Part shown: one piece after another, positions 1-10,465 of the stretch | How the letters are laid out: each line of letters opens with the position of its first letter | Numbering within the stretch: the stretch's first letter is position 1 | Source: Somniosus microcephalus | Lineage: Eukaryota | Length of the DNA: 64,000 nucleotides | Reading direction: 5' to 3' | Assembly (NCBI GenBank): GCA_052327205.1 | Contig: CM126223.1 | Span: 43,028,001 to 43,092,000 of the forward strand | The notes under the pieces: model-generated | Seen by the model: only the letters and a program-made list of their open reading frames with translations | Database searches by the model: none | Told to the model about the DNA's origin: nothing | Position numbers and translations under genes: made by a program

Positions 1-281
1 ATCTCCCTTGAACTTTTGACCTTTCAGCAGGAAAATCCTCGTGCTCTGATTATTTGCCTTTGCAGCCTTCTGTGCCGGCTTGCGGGATACCGGAGCCGCC
101 CGTGCGCAATACCCAGTTGGGCTGTGCTTTCGTCGGCTCCATGCGGAATCAGGGGATCCGTTGGTGGCCAGTGGGGGGCGGGGGGGTGGGAGATCGAGGA
201 TTGATAGGGGAAGAGAGGGAATCGGAAGGGGGGAGGGAGTGGGAGCGGGGGGAGGGAGAGAGAGACTGGGGAGGAGAGGGG

Positions 282-781
282 NNNNNNNNNNNNNNNNNNN
301 NNNNNNNNNNNNNNNNNNNNNNNNNNNNNNNNNNNNNNNNNNNNNNNNNNNNNNNNNNNNNNNNNNNNNNNNNNNNNNNNNNNNNNNNNNNNNNNNNNNN
401 NNNNNNNNNNNNNNNNNNNNNNNNNNNNNNNNNNNNNNNNNNNNNNNNNNNNNNNNNNNNNNNNNNNNNNNNNNNNNNNNNNNNNNNNNNNNNNNNNNNN
501 NNNNNNNNNNNNNNNNNNNNNNNNNNNNNNNNNNNNNNNNNNNNNNNNNNNNNNNNNNNNNNNNNNNNNNNNNNNNNNNNNNNNNNNNNNNNNNNNNNNN
601 NNNNNNNNNNNNNNNNNNNNNNNNNNNNNNNNNNNNNNNNNNNNNNNNNNNNNNNNNNNNNNNNNNNNNNNNNNNNNNNNNNNNNNNNNNNNNNNNNNNN
701 NNNNNNNNNNNNNNNNNNNNNNNNNNNNNNNNNNNNNNNNNNNNNNNNNNNNNNNNNNNNNNNNNNNNNNNNNNNNNNNNN
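282..781. other. Assembly gap (500 N)
   Basis: Run of N; the ORFs spanning it are artefacts. Confidence 0.99.
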
Positions 782-1628
782 GGTCCTGCTCCGGGCCGCC
801 GCCGCCATTCACGCACTCGCTGTCTCCCGCCCCGCCAGCCTTTACCAAGATGGCGGCGATGGCAACGCTTGGCTCAGTCCCGCCGCGCCAGCCTTTACCA
901 AGATGGCGGTGATCGCGGGCCGCTGGTTTGGAATCGGGCCCAGCGGGACGGGCGGTGCCTAGCTCGGGCGTGGCTGGCGAGGAGAGGCCGAGGCTTCGAG
1001 GCCTGAGGCAGCTCATCCACCGCCGAGGGGGGGAAAGCCCGAGTACCCTTTGCAAAAGGATGTTTTTTTCTTTTAAAAGCAACTTTTTTTTTGTTGGAAA
1101 TCTATTATTTCAAAATAAACACACAGAAAGTGGGAAAAATAAATCAATAGTTAGGAATCAAGATGGTGGCCACTCACCTCAGCTCAGAAGGATTAGGCGC
1201 GCCCACACACGCAATGAAACGCCCCCCGTGACGCACCGATTGGTCAACCATCAGGTTACTTAACTGTAGGATTGGTCAACCATCACGTCACTCAACGCTA
1301 TCCCCTGTAGGATGGCCTGCCCACACACACAATGAACCCCCCCCCCGTGATGCACCAATTGGTCAACCATCACGTCACTCAACGCTATCCCCTGTACGAT
1401 TGGTCAACCATCACGTCACTCAACGCTAATGAGCGGAATTTTGCCGTTTTTTGACCCTTTCTGTATACTGTCCGAACAATTTTTGTCAACCAAAAAGTTA
1501 ATACGCCTATTAGACTCCCCTAATGATAAGCTTTCTTTTGATGTAACATATGTGTAGGTACGCTCTATAACTTTTGATTGTATAGCCAGACGGACAGACA
1601 GACAGACAAACTCTTTTATATATATAGA
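782..1628 (-). mobile_element. Helitron-like non-autonomous element, 5' end (3' end lies in or beyond the gap, not seen)
   Basis: Minus strand reads A|TCTATATATATAAAAGAGTTTGTCTGTCTGTCTGTCCGTC. That is a 5'-TC terminus after host A, then an AT-rich start and a (GTCT)n microsatellite, as at animal Helitron 5' ends. Internal minisatellites are present. No CTRR/hairpin 3' end found. Confidence 0.6.
1201..1428. repeat. Nested minisatellite: 4 x ATTGGTCAACCATCA(C/G)GT unit inside a ~118-bp higher-order duplication
   Basis: ATTGG units start at 1239, 1271, 1358 and 1399; GCCCACACAC..AATGAA..CCCCCCGTGA recurs at 1201 and 1319. Confidence 0.9.
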
Positions 1629-2304
1629 TTTTTTTTAAAGTCAATAAAAAGACGTTTAGGAAGAAACTAAAAAAGGGGGGGAAATGCAAACGATTTTATT
1701 TTGTCTGTCGTTCTATAGTCCTAACAAGTCCCAGGAATAACATAAATATAGATTTCCTCTTAAACGTTTAGTGAAGTGTTAACAGTAACAAGCGTTATGT
1801 AATGATGTATAAAAATTGCAGGAAGCTACTTTAGAAGAAACTATTATTTATTTATTGAGAGACACAGAAAATACTTCGATTAAACTGATAATTCTTTTTA
1901 ATACTGTGAACTAAAGACCTACAGCACTTTATATTTGTTGGTTGTCTGGTTGCATTGTGATTAATATTCTAATCACTTATGTGGACGTACAGTGCATCAG
2001 CACCATAGGAAAGCCGCTGCTCCTGCTGCTTGTGCAGCCACTGCTATAGTGACATAAGGGATGGGCTAATACGTTGAAAACTTTCAAATGAATACAAATT
2101 GCACGGATAGATCTGCCTCTTTCAGCACACCATGACCTTTTGGATTGTTTGTCGATGCATAACCGTGTAACTGAGTGACGTTTCTGAAGTGTTAATGCAT
2201 TATTAAGCATTTCTTTTATATCGCAGTCATTTCTGTCAAGTAATTTTTTTATTAAATCGAGTTTGTGCATGACGAACTAAATGCTTTTAATTAATTCTAC
2301 TGTA

Positions 2305-2607
2305 AACAAATGTGCAGAATGGGCATGTAAATGACAAATGAATTTCAATATAGATAAGTGTGAGGTGGTGCATCTGGTAGGAGGAATTAGGAGGAATAAG
2401 GAGGCGACCTATTCCTTGGAAAATAAGAATCTAAATATCTAAATGGGGTAGAGGTGCAAAGGGATCCAGGGGTATAAATTCACAAATCATTAAAAGTAGC
2501 AACGCAGGTTAAAAAAGCCATAAAAGTGCAAATAATGCACTGGGGCTCATTTCTAGAGGAATAGAATTCAAAAGCAGAGAAGTTATGTTAAACTTGTATA
2601 GACCTTG
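2305..2607 (+). mobile_element. Degenerate CR1 LINE ORF2 fragment
   Basis: Decayed 'W.M.FN..KCEVVH.G' and 'FISRGIEFKSREVMLNLY' coding remnants, similar to the CR1 at 4.8-5.1 kb. Confidence 0.75.
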
Positions 2608-4047
2608 TCTGATTGTCTCATGATTGGAGACGGTGGGGTGGCACTATAGTATTACTGTATATATGCTTTTAAGTGGTTGTTGTTGTTTTAAAATTTGCTC
2701 ACGGACAAAAGGTCTCGCTTAAAGGAGTTCGTGGCCCTCTCGGTGCAAAAAAAAGTTAGAAGGAACACTGGTTGAGGCTGATGATTGGGGAAGTACAAAC
2801 CACTAGCTGAGCATGGAAGGGAAAATAATGTGAGTGTGGAGAAGTTGTTGGTGGTTAGTGGATGATAAGGTGGGAATTTGGGTTGAATGACAGTGAAGAG
2901 GAAAGTTAGGAGTTGCAGTGAGTTTGGTGGTCAGTGAAAGAGATTGGTGGGATGAGGTGCGAACGGTGGTGAAGAAAAGAATGGTGGGCAAAAAGCTATG
3001 AAGGAAGGAAGTAAAAAAAAATATCTGTATTAAAGGGAAGGAGCATCTTGAGGTGTGGGAGAAGTAACAAGAGTGTCACCACTGAGCCAAGATATGGCGG
3101 GAGTGGCAGAGCATGGAGGGAGGGGAAGAGTGGCATGCCAATAGGGATTTCAGGTCAACAATGTGAGGAAACGAATGGTGCTTGCTGTGGGGGTGGAAGC
3201 TGCAGAACGTGGCAGAAGGAAGTTGGGGGGGTGAGGGGGAAGTCCTGCTGCATGGGAACAGAGGCGTAACAGCAGTAAGTGGACTGGTGAGAGGGAATGC
3301 ATTGCTGTTCAGCGGCAGGATCAGGTGGCACAGAAGAGTGAGCAAGGCCAGGGCACGTGCAAGAAAGGGTGGCAATAGAAGGGAGAAGGAAACGGCACAG
3401 GTGGAAGCAGTGGAAAGAGAAAGCACGAAGGTGGCAAAAGGGAGTAGGAGAGAGCAGGGAGTAGGAAGAGGCATAGGCATGGTGGGTGGAGAGGAATGAA
3501 AGCAAATACTCCCCCTCCATTCCCCAGAGGATTAAAAAATCTACCCAATGCTTTCCTATACTGGAAAACCCAATTTTGTTTAAATTCAGGGTTTTCCCAC
3601 ATAGCAGGGGAAAGCTCCACCCTTGTTAACATAGGGATCCCAGCCCTGCCCAAAGAAAGACTGGGCTCCTACTGTGAGCAGAAACCAGCTTTAAGTGCTT
3701 TTAAAAACTATCAAAGTGCTTAAGAAACTGAAATGACCAGCGCTGGTGTTTGCAGGGCTCCTGGTGGAAGTTGTGTTTGGTGGTGGGTGATCCAGGATCT
3801 GATCATGGGAAGTGAGAGAGGTCGCAGGTAGGGAATCCTTCCCATAGGTACGAAAGCCCATTCCTGCTGTGAAGTGTAACTGGCTTTACGGTTCTGTAGC
3901 AATTGGGCTGCTTCAAAGATATTAAAGGTAATGAAATTTTAAATAGGATTAATAACTTAATTTTGTTTTTGAAGTGCTCAATAACCAACTCACAGTTCAC
4001 ACTCCCAGTAGGACCAGAACCAGGACCAACAAGAAGCAGGCTTAAAA

Positions 4048-5603
4048 GTGGATAAATCCCCAGGCCCAGACGAGATGTATCCCAGGCTGCTATGTGAGGC
4101 AAGGGAGGAGATTGCAGGGGCTCTGACACAAATTTTCAGAACCTCTCTGGCCACAGGGGAGGTGCCAGAGGACTGGAGGACAGCTAACGTAGCACCATTA
4201 TTTAAGAAGGGTAGTAGGGATAAACCAGGGAATTACAGGCCAGTAAGCCTAACATCAGTGGTAGGGAAATTATTGGAAAAAATTCTGAGGGACAGAATTA
4301 GTCTCCACTTGGAGAGGCAAGGATTAATCAAGGATAGTCAGCATGGCTGTGTCCGGGGGAGATCATGTCTAACCAATTTGATTGAATTTTGAGAGGGGGT
4401 GACTAGGTGTGTGGATGAGGGTAGTGCAGTTGATTCGTCTACATGGGCTTCAGTAAGGCTTTTGACAAAGTCCCACATGGGAGACTGGTCAAGACGGTAA
4501 GAGCCCATGGGATCCAGGGCAATTTGGCACATTGGATCCAAAATTGGCTTAGTGGCAGGAGGCAGAGGGTGATGTTCGAAGGTTGTTTGTGTGACTGGAA
4601 GCCTGTGTACAGTGGTGTACCGCAGGGATCGGTGCTGGGTCCCTTGCTATTTGTAGTGTACAATAATGATTTAGATATGAATGTAGGAGGTATGATCGGT
4701 AAGTTTGCAGGTGACACAAAAATTGGTGGAGTGGTAAATAGCGAGGAGGGAAGCCTCAGGCTACAGGACGATATCGACGGGTTGGTCAGAACAGTGGCAA
4801 ATGGAATTTAACCCTGAAAAGTGTGAGGTGATGCATTTTGGGAGGACTAACAAGGCAAGGGAATACACAATGAATGGTAGGACCCTAGGAAGGGCAGAGG
4901 ATCAGAGGGACCTTGGTGTGCATGTACATAGATCCCTGAAGGCAGCAGGACAGGTAGATAAGGTGGTTAAGAAGGCATATGGGATACTTGCCTTCATTAG
5001 TCGAGGCATAGAATATAAGAGCAGGGAGGTTATGATGGAGCTGTACAAAATGCTAGTTAGGCCACAGCTGGAATACTGTGTTCAGTTCTGGTCGCCACAC
5101 TATAGGAAGAATGTGATTGCATTGGAGAGGGTGCAGAGGAGATTCACCAGGATATTAGCTGGGCCGGAGCGTTTCAGCTATGAAGAGAGACTGGACAGGC
5201 TGGGGTTGTTTTCCTTAGAGCAGAGAAGGCTGAGGGGGGACCTGGCTGAGGTGTACAAAATTATGAGGGGCATAGATAGGGTAGATAGAAAGGAACTTTT
5301 CCCCTTAGTAGAGGAGTCAATAACCAGGGGGCATAGTTTCAAGGTAAGGGGCAGGAGGTTTAGAGGGGATTTGAGGAAAAACTTTTTCACCCAGAGGGTG
5401 GTTGGAATCTGGAACTCACTGCCTGAAAGGATGGTAGAGGCAGGAACCCTCACAACATTCAAGAAGCATTTAGATGAGCACTTGAAACGCCATAGCATAG
5501 AAGGCTACGGACCAAGTGCTGGAAAATGGGATTAGAATAGATAGGGCTTGATGGCCAGCGCGGACACGATGGGCCTCTTTCTGTGCTGTATAACTCTATG
5601 ACT
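4048..5603 (+). mobile_element. 5'-truncated CR1 LINE (RT domain and 3' UTR), frameshifted
   Basis: ORFs 4048-4392, 4443-4811 and 4801-5535 carry KSPGPD, NYRPVSLTS, KAFDKVPH, GVPQGSVLGP, FAGDTK (from FADD) and LEYCVQFWSP. Tail ends CTCTATGACT. CTTAAAA is repeated at both junctions (4041-4047, 5604-5610). Confidence 0.95.
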
Positions 5604-6924
5604 CTTAAAAAGAAAGGACCATAGCGCCATCTACCTTAGAGATGGGAGGATTCATTCAAAGGTATATGTGGCAAGCATAAATATTTATCATTTAAATGAA
5701 CACCCAGCATGATGAAAATAGCATCACAAGGGGAAGTAATTAATTAGTTACTGAGTATAAAAAGCACACCCTATACACAAGACTTTCACTATATTATAGA
5801 TATCTGAACATAGAAAAGGCATGTATATTCAGAATGGCACGTACATTGATCCAATTCAACAACTTGCCTTTAACGTAGGAAAACATCCAACGCACTTCGC
5901 AGGGGCATAATCAGATAAAAGTTGACACCGAGCCAAAGAAAGAGATATTAGGTGGGGTTACTAAAAGCTTGGTCAAAGAGGTAAGCTTTAAGGGGGGGGG
6001 GGGGGGTCTTAAAGGAGGAGAGCGAGGCAGAGAGGTGTAGGGAGGTGGAAGTCGGTGGTCTTTGTGATGCCGTGAATGTGCTTTAATTCATGCCATTAGT
6101 GTGTTTCTGGCCCATTTCCGATATTAGCTGCAATCCACAAAAGCTTCAGATGGTTTCAAACACACTGCTTAGTCAAGGAAAATGTTTGTGTTGAAGCTGC
6201 CTGTGAATTGAATAAAAGCATCTGGTAATCAGCCTTGATTGGCCAGATAAAGCAAAGCAAGGACAGTGCATAATTTGAACTTGCAGCATCCATAATCTGT
6301 GTACCATTGCCAGAAGTAAGCAAAAGAACATGATGTAGTAACGAGATGATGAAAACAGCAGGGGAAAAAATATGAAAGACAGGTGGCCATAAACTACAAG
6401 AGACAAAAAGCAGCAATATGTGGACAAGTGCCAAAGGGCAAAGTGAAGCCAATTGCTAAAGTTGTGGGTCTTCCATTTGAATTCTCAAACAGTTGGCGAT
6501 ATCAGTGACAGCAGAAGCATTCAAAGAGCTCACACTGAAAATGCAACTTTTAATTATTTATTTATGCTATCTTCTTTATCTTGACCATCCTCACTTTCTT
6601 GCTGAATACTGACCTAATAACATTCATAAAGAGATTCAATTTTTTTTTTTTAAAAGAGCTTCCTTGGATAGAATTCTCCCCTTTCCAGACAACAATGTAA
6701 CTGTAAGAAAGATATCAAAGAAGCATATTTCTGTCACAATGTGTGCCAATATTGTAGGCAGTCAAGATGTAGTTGCTTACTATTAGGAAAACTAAGAAAC
6801 GATGTTATTACTGTGACAACCATACCATCAAATCCAACATGAAGTGAAATAAAGAGAGGGAAAGAAAGATGGGATTAAGAGCGATGAACGAGACAAAAAA
6901 CGTAAAATAAAGTTTTTATCTTAA

Positions 6925-7560
6925 TTTAAAAAAAATCTCCAACAATAATTAAAATCTGAAGGAATGAGACATCAAACTTTTAAAAGTAAATTTTCAGTAC
7001 CAGAGAGGTGTTTGGCAGAAATTAAGACTTGATACGCTGTTAAAAATTCATTTACACTTGAATGTTCAAGCCCCAACTAGTCCTGACGGAGGGTCTTCGA
7101 CCTGAAACGTTAACTCTTTTTCTCTCTCCACGGATGTTGCCTGGCCTGCTGAGTTTTTCCAGCGTTTCCTGTTGTTATTCCTCACTTTTTCTGGTGTTTA
7201 GTGGGTATCTAGTGGGGCTCGAGTAGAGCATAAACACCGGCGTGAACTGGTTGGGCCGAAAGGTCTGTTTCTGTGCCATATATATCCTATGTAATCCTAG
7301 TGGGTAAGTACCCCAAATTCACGTCCTTCATGTATCTGAATGCCGAGTCTCTCGGCAAGGTATCAGTGTAGCGAAGCTTGTGGAGGAGCAGGGCAACTCG
7401 GACAGCAACTTCCTGATTTCCGTGTTTATCTTCGCCTGTGCAGACCATTATACGATGTGCTAAATCTAGGCCAATGTGTGCCACTACTGTCCGATTTACT
7501 CCTTTATAGCGGTGAGCGCCGATAGCCTCACCATTATTTTAACTGCAAAATCTGGGCCAT
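6925..7560 (-). mobile_element. Old non-autonomous DNA-transposon-like repeat, same family as 37972-38527, with nested inserts
   Basis: Ends ...ACTGCAAAATCTGGGCCA. The internal TTTTCAGT..ATACGCTGTTAAAA segment matches the reverse complement of ~38280-38360. Confidence 0.5.
7078..7180 (+). mobile_element. Penelope-like terminal repeat (family B), solo copy with mutated minimal hammerhead
   Basis: AGTC-CTGACGG-AGGGTCTTCGACCT-GAAA-CGTT-AACT...GATGTTGCCTGGCCTGCTGAG; homologous to the terminus of the GIY-YIG element at 21973-22508. Confidence 0.8.
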
Positions 7561-7719
7561 TGACATACGAGACCCACCTCCTGCTCCCTGACCCCATTTC
7601 TACTAAACTGACTACCCAATTTATGCTAGCTGAAATTGTAAATGGTTCCCTCTCCTCAAGTACTGTTCCCCTCCATTTCAAAACCCCTGTCATCACCGCC
7701 TGCTCAAAAACCCACCAGA

Positions 7720-7915
7720 CCAGACAAGGACAGCAGGATTCCTTCCTTAAAGGGGATTGTCGAACCTGTTGGGGTTTTCCTGATAAGAGCATTTTATTGC
7801 CAGATTTAAACTGAATTAAAATTCTCAAACTGCCATGGTGGGATTTGAACTCACGTTCCCTGGATTATTAGTTCAAGCCTCTGGATTACTGGTCCAGTAA
7901 CATAATCACTAGACT
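7720..7915 (-). mobile_element. tRNA-head SINE fragment (same family as 48612-48974)
   Basis: Reverse complement contains TAGTGATTATGTTACTGGACCAGTAATCCAGAGG..GTGAGTTCAAATCCCACCATGGCAG. Confidence 0.7.
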
Positions 7916-7924
7916 ATATGCCTA

Positions 7925-8505
7925 TATATTGCCCCTGTGCTTGATGATTTACATTGGCTCACTGTCCCCCAAAGACTCAAATTTAAAACTCTCATCCTTT
8001 TGGAATCTAGGGGAATCAAGGGATATGGAGACCGGGCGGGAAAGTGGAGTTGAGGTCGATGATCAGCCATGATCTTATTGAATGGCGGAGCAGGCTCGAG
8101 GGGCCGTATGGCCGACTCCTGCTCTTACTACTTATGTTCTTGTATTTAAATCCCTACATCGCCTTGCTCTGTCTGTAATCTCCTCCAGCCCTATGACACC
8201 CTTCCCAAACACTCCGTTCCCTTGACCATGGTCTTTTGTGCAATCCCTCCTCCCCCTCTTGTCGCACCATTGGCAGCCATGCAATTCAGCTGTCAAGGCC
8301 CCATGTTCTGGAATTCCCTTCCTAAACTCCTCCACCTGCCTCTCCTCCTTTAAGACCCTACTGAAAACCAACCCCTTTGACCAAGCTTTTGGTCACTTCT
8401 CCTAAAATCTCCTTCTTTGGCATAGCATTCATTTTTGTCTGATTAAACCTCTGTGAAGTTCCCTGGAATATTTTTTCTATGTTAAAGATGCAAAATAAAT
8501 GCATG
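7925..8505 (+). mobile_element. L2 LINE 3' end with a nested CR1 3' fragment (7998-8141)
   Basis: L2-type tail (CTCTGTGAAG..TATGTTAAAG..ATAAATGCA) is interrupted by the CR1 3' UTR GATCAGCCATGATC..GGAGCAGGCTCGAGGGGCC..CTCCTGCTC. Confidence 0.7.
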
Positions 8506-9788
8506 TTCCTGGTCGGCATCTGTCAACGTTCAATGCGCTGGACAACTGCATCAACTACAATAGGAAGAGAGACCGCTATAATAGATTTTATTGAGAGTAA
8601 ACAAAGAACTACTTCTGTTCTTTAGTTTTTGTAACTTTCCCTAATTCTATCCATTCTTTAATATAAAGTATAGGTAATTTAAGTTAATTTACTTGCAGAT
8701 GTTTAGCTCTTGTTCCCAATGCGGTCTCATTTTGACTGAACACCCAAGTATAAAAGCTTTAGCATAAAATTGGTATTCACTAAATGTGGGGCTCACTGTA
8801 TCAGCGAAGTTCTTTTTAAACCTGTTGCTGAATATAGGTGTGTGGCATTCCACTTACTGCCTGTAGGTGGTGAGTGAATTACACAAAACAGGAATTACAA
8901 GTTTCTATCTTCACTCTTGTGAAAGAAGAGCTTGATTGATCAGAGTGGTTTATGGTCAGAATCCAATAATCAAAATACAGTCTTAAAACTCTCAGCATAA
9001 TCTATATCTTTTCGTATTATTATAGGTGAAAGGGTAGAAAACCAGACTGTGACAACTGACATTAAGTAACAGCTAAAACAGTTTAGATTTGCTTTTTCAG
9101 TAACCAATTACCAGTAAATATTATAAATGGCCAGTAAATATTATAAATGCATGACCCTGCTTCATAGATATGAAAGGTTTAATTTAAAAAAGAAATCAAA
9201 AAACCAAAGCACACCGTAAGAATTATTTGCTTCTTAAAATCCCACCTCGCTTTTATACAGCGAGCCACCAGTATTCCCCACTTTAAGTTTCCACTGACAC
9301 TGCAGTTTCTCTTTAGACTACAGGACTTCTCAAAATGCCAGTAAGCCAGTTTGTCCCCTTCCTGCACAAAGGCTGAACTGTTAGTCTGAGACAAATGCTG
9401 ATTATCATAATTCAAGGGGATAACCCTTGGTTGTACTATTTGAAAAAAAAACAGAATGCATTTGAACCCAGGATATTATTTTAACAACTTGCATTTCTAC
9501 GTCGCTCCTTATGTGCAGAGACACATCTCAAAGCAGTGGAGAAATAGCCACAGAGCAGGAGGAAAAAGAGAATAGAGAGGCTAAGGGTTGCAAAAGCATG
9601 ATCAAAGAAAAGGGACTTAAAGCCACTCGAAAACACAAAGAGAGGTGGTGAGGTGTGTAGTGTATGTACCTTTAAGAGCCCCTGTGTACTGTAATACCCA
9701 TGGTGTGGAGATGCCGGAGTTGGACTGGGGTGGACAAATGTAAGAAGTCACACAACACCAGGTTATAGTCCAACAGCTTTATTTGAAA

Positions 9789-9825
9789 TCACAAGCTTTC
9801 GGAGCGCTGCTCCTTCGTCAGGTGA
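9789..9825 (-). ncRNA. Minimal type-I hammerhead ribozyme motif (family A), minus-strand copy
   Basis: Exact reverse complement of 10429-10465. Confidence 0.75.
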
Positions 9826-10428
9826 AGTGGAGAAATGCATAAAGACAGAGAATCATGTCAGATGTTTACAGGTAATCTTGCCAACTGCCCTTTATCACAC
9901 CTCGGCAGAGAGATAATCACAGCAATCAAAGGTGTGAATGGTGTCCAAACAGGTCAGTCAGGAAAACATTACATCAAAGAACAATGAGGTGGGGTCACAA
10001 GGGGTCAAATATTGCAGATGCTGGGGTCTGTATGAAAAACAAAAAAAGACAAAAAACCTTTTTTTTTTTGCTGGAAATCACAGCAGGTCCGGCCGTATCG
10101 GTGTAGAGAGAACAAGCCAATGTCGACTTGGCTTGTTCTCTCTACACCGATACGGCCGGACCTGCTGTGATTTCCAGCAAAAAAAACCCTGTTTTTTTGT
10201 TTTTCATACAGACCCCAGCATCTGCAATATCTGGCCCCTTGTGACCCCACCTCATTGTTCTTTGATGTAATGTTTTCCTGACTGACCTGTTTGGACACCA
10301 TTCACACCTTTGATTGCTGTGATTATCTCTCTGCCGAGGTGTGATAAATGGCAGTTGGCAAGATTACCTGTAAACATCTGACATGATTCTCTGACTATAT
10401 AAGCTGTGTCTTTATGCATTTCTCCACT

Positions 10429-10465
10429 TCACCTGACGAAGGAGCAGCGCTCCGAAAGCTTGTGA
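10429..10465 (+). ncRNA. Minimal type-I hammerhead ribozyme motif (family A)
   Basis: TCAC-CTGACGA-A-GGAGC-AGC-GCTCC-GAAA-GC-TT-GTGA. Core CUGAnGA and GAAA, 5-bp stem II, stem I TCAC/GTGA, palindromic AAGCTT stem III; predicted cleavage after 10461. This matches the minimal hammerheads described from Penelope-like elements. Confidence 0.75.

Noticed and set aside
24-1082. Long ORFs of 219-352 aa at the window start
   Set aside because: They are open only because they run through 500 N.
1201-1428. CRISPR-like repeat array
   Set aside because: Eukaryotic context, spacers are themselves repeated, no cas genes; it is a minisatellite.
2770-3520. Overlapping ORFs in a purine-rich tract
   Set aside because: Low-complexity, strand-biased sequence, probably a decayed retroelement; no domain recognised.
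5710-5807. Possible C/D snoRNA (ATGATGA...CTGA)
   Set aside because: No terminal stem, no recognisable rRNA antisense element and no plus-strand host gene.
6156-6452. 98-aa hydrophobic minus-strand ORF
   Set aside because: No ATG start, an in-frame stop just upstream, and no recognisable homology.
9938-10301. Two opposite-strand ORFs with identical N-termini (MVSKQVSQENITSK...)
   Set aside because: A by-product of the palindrome; they cross A/T homopolymers and show no recognisable domain.
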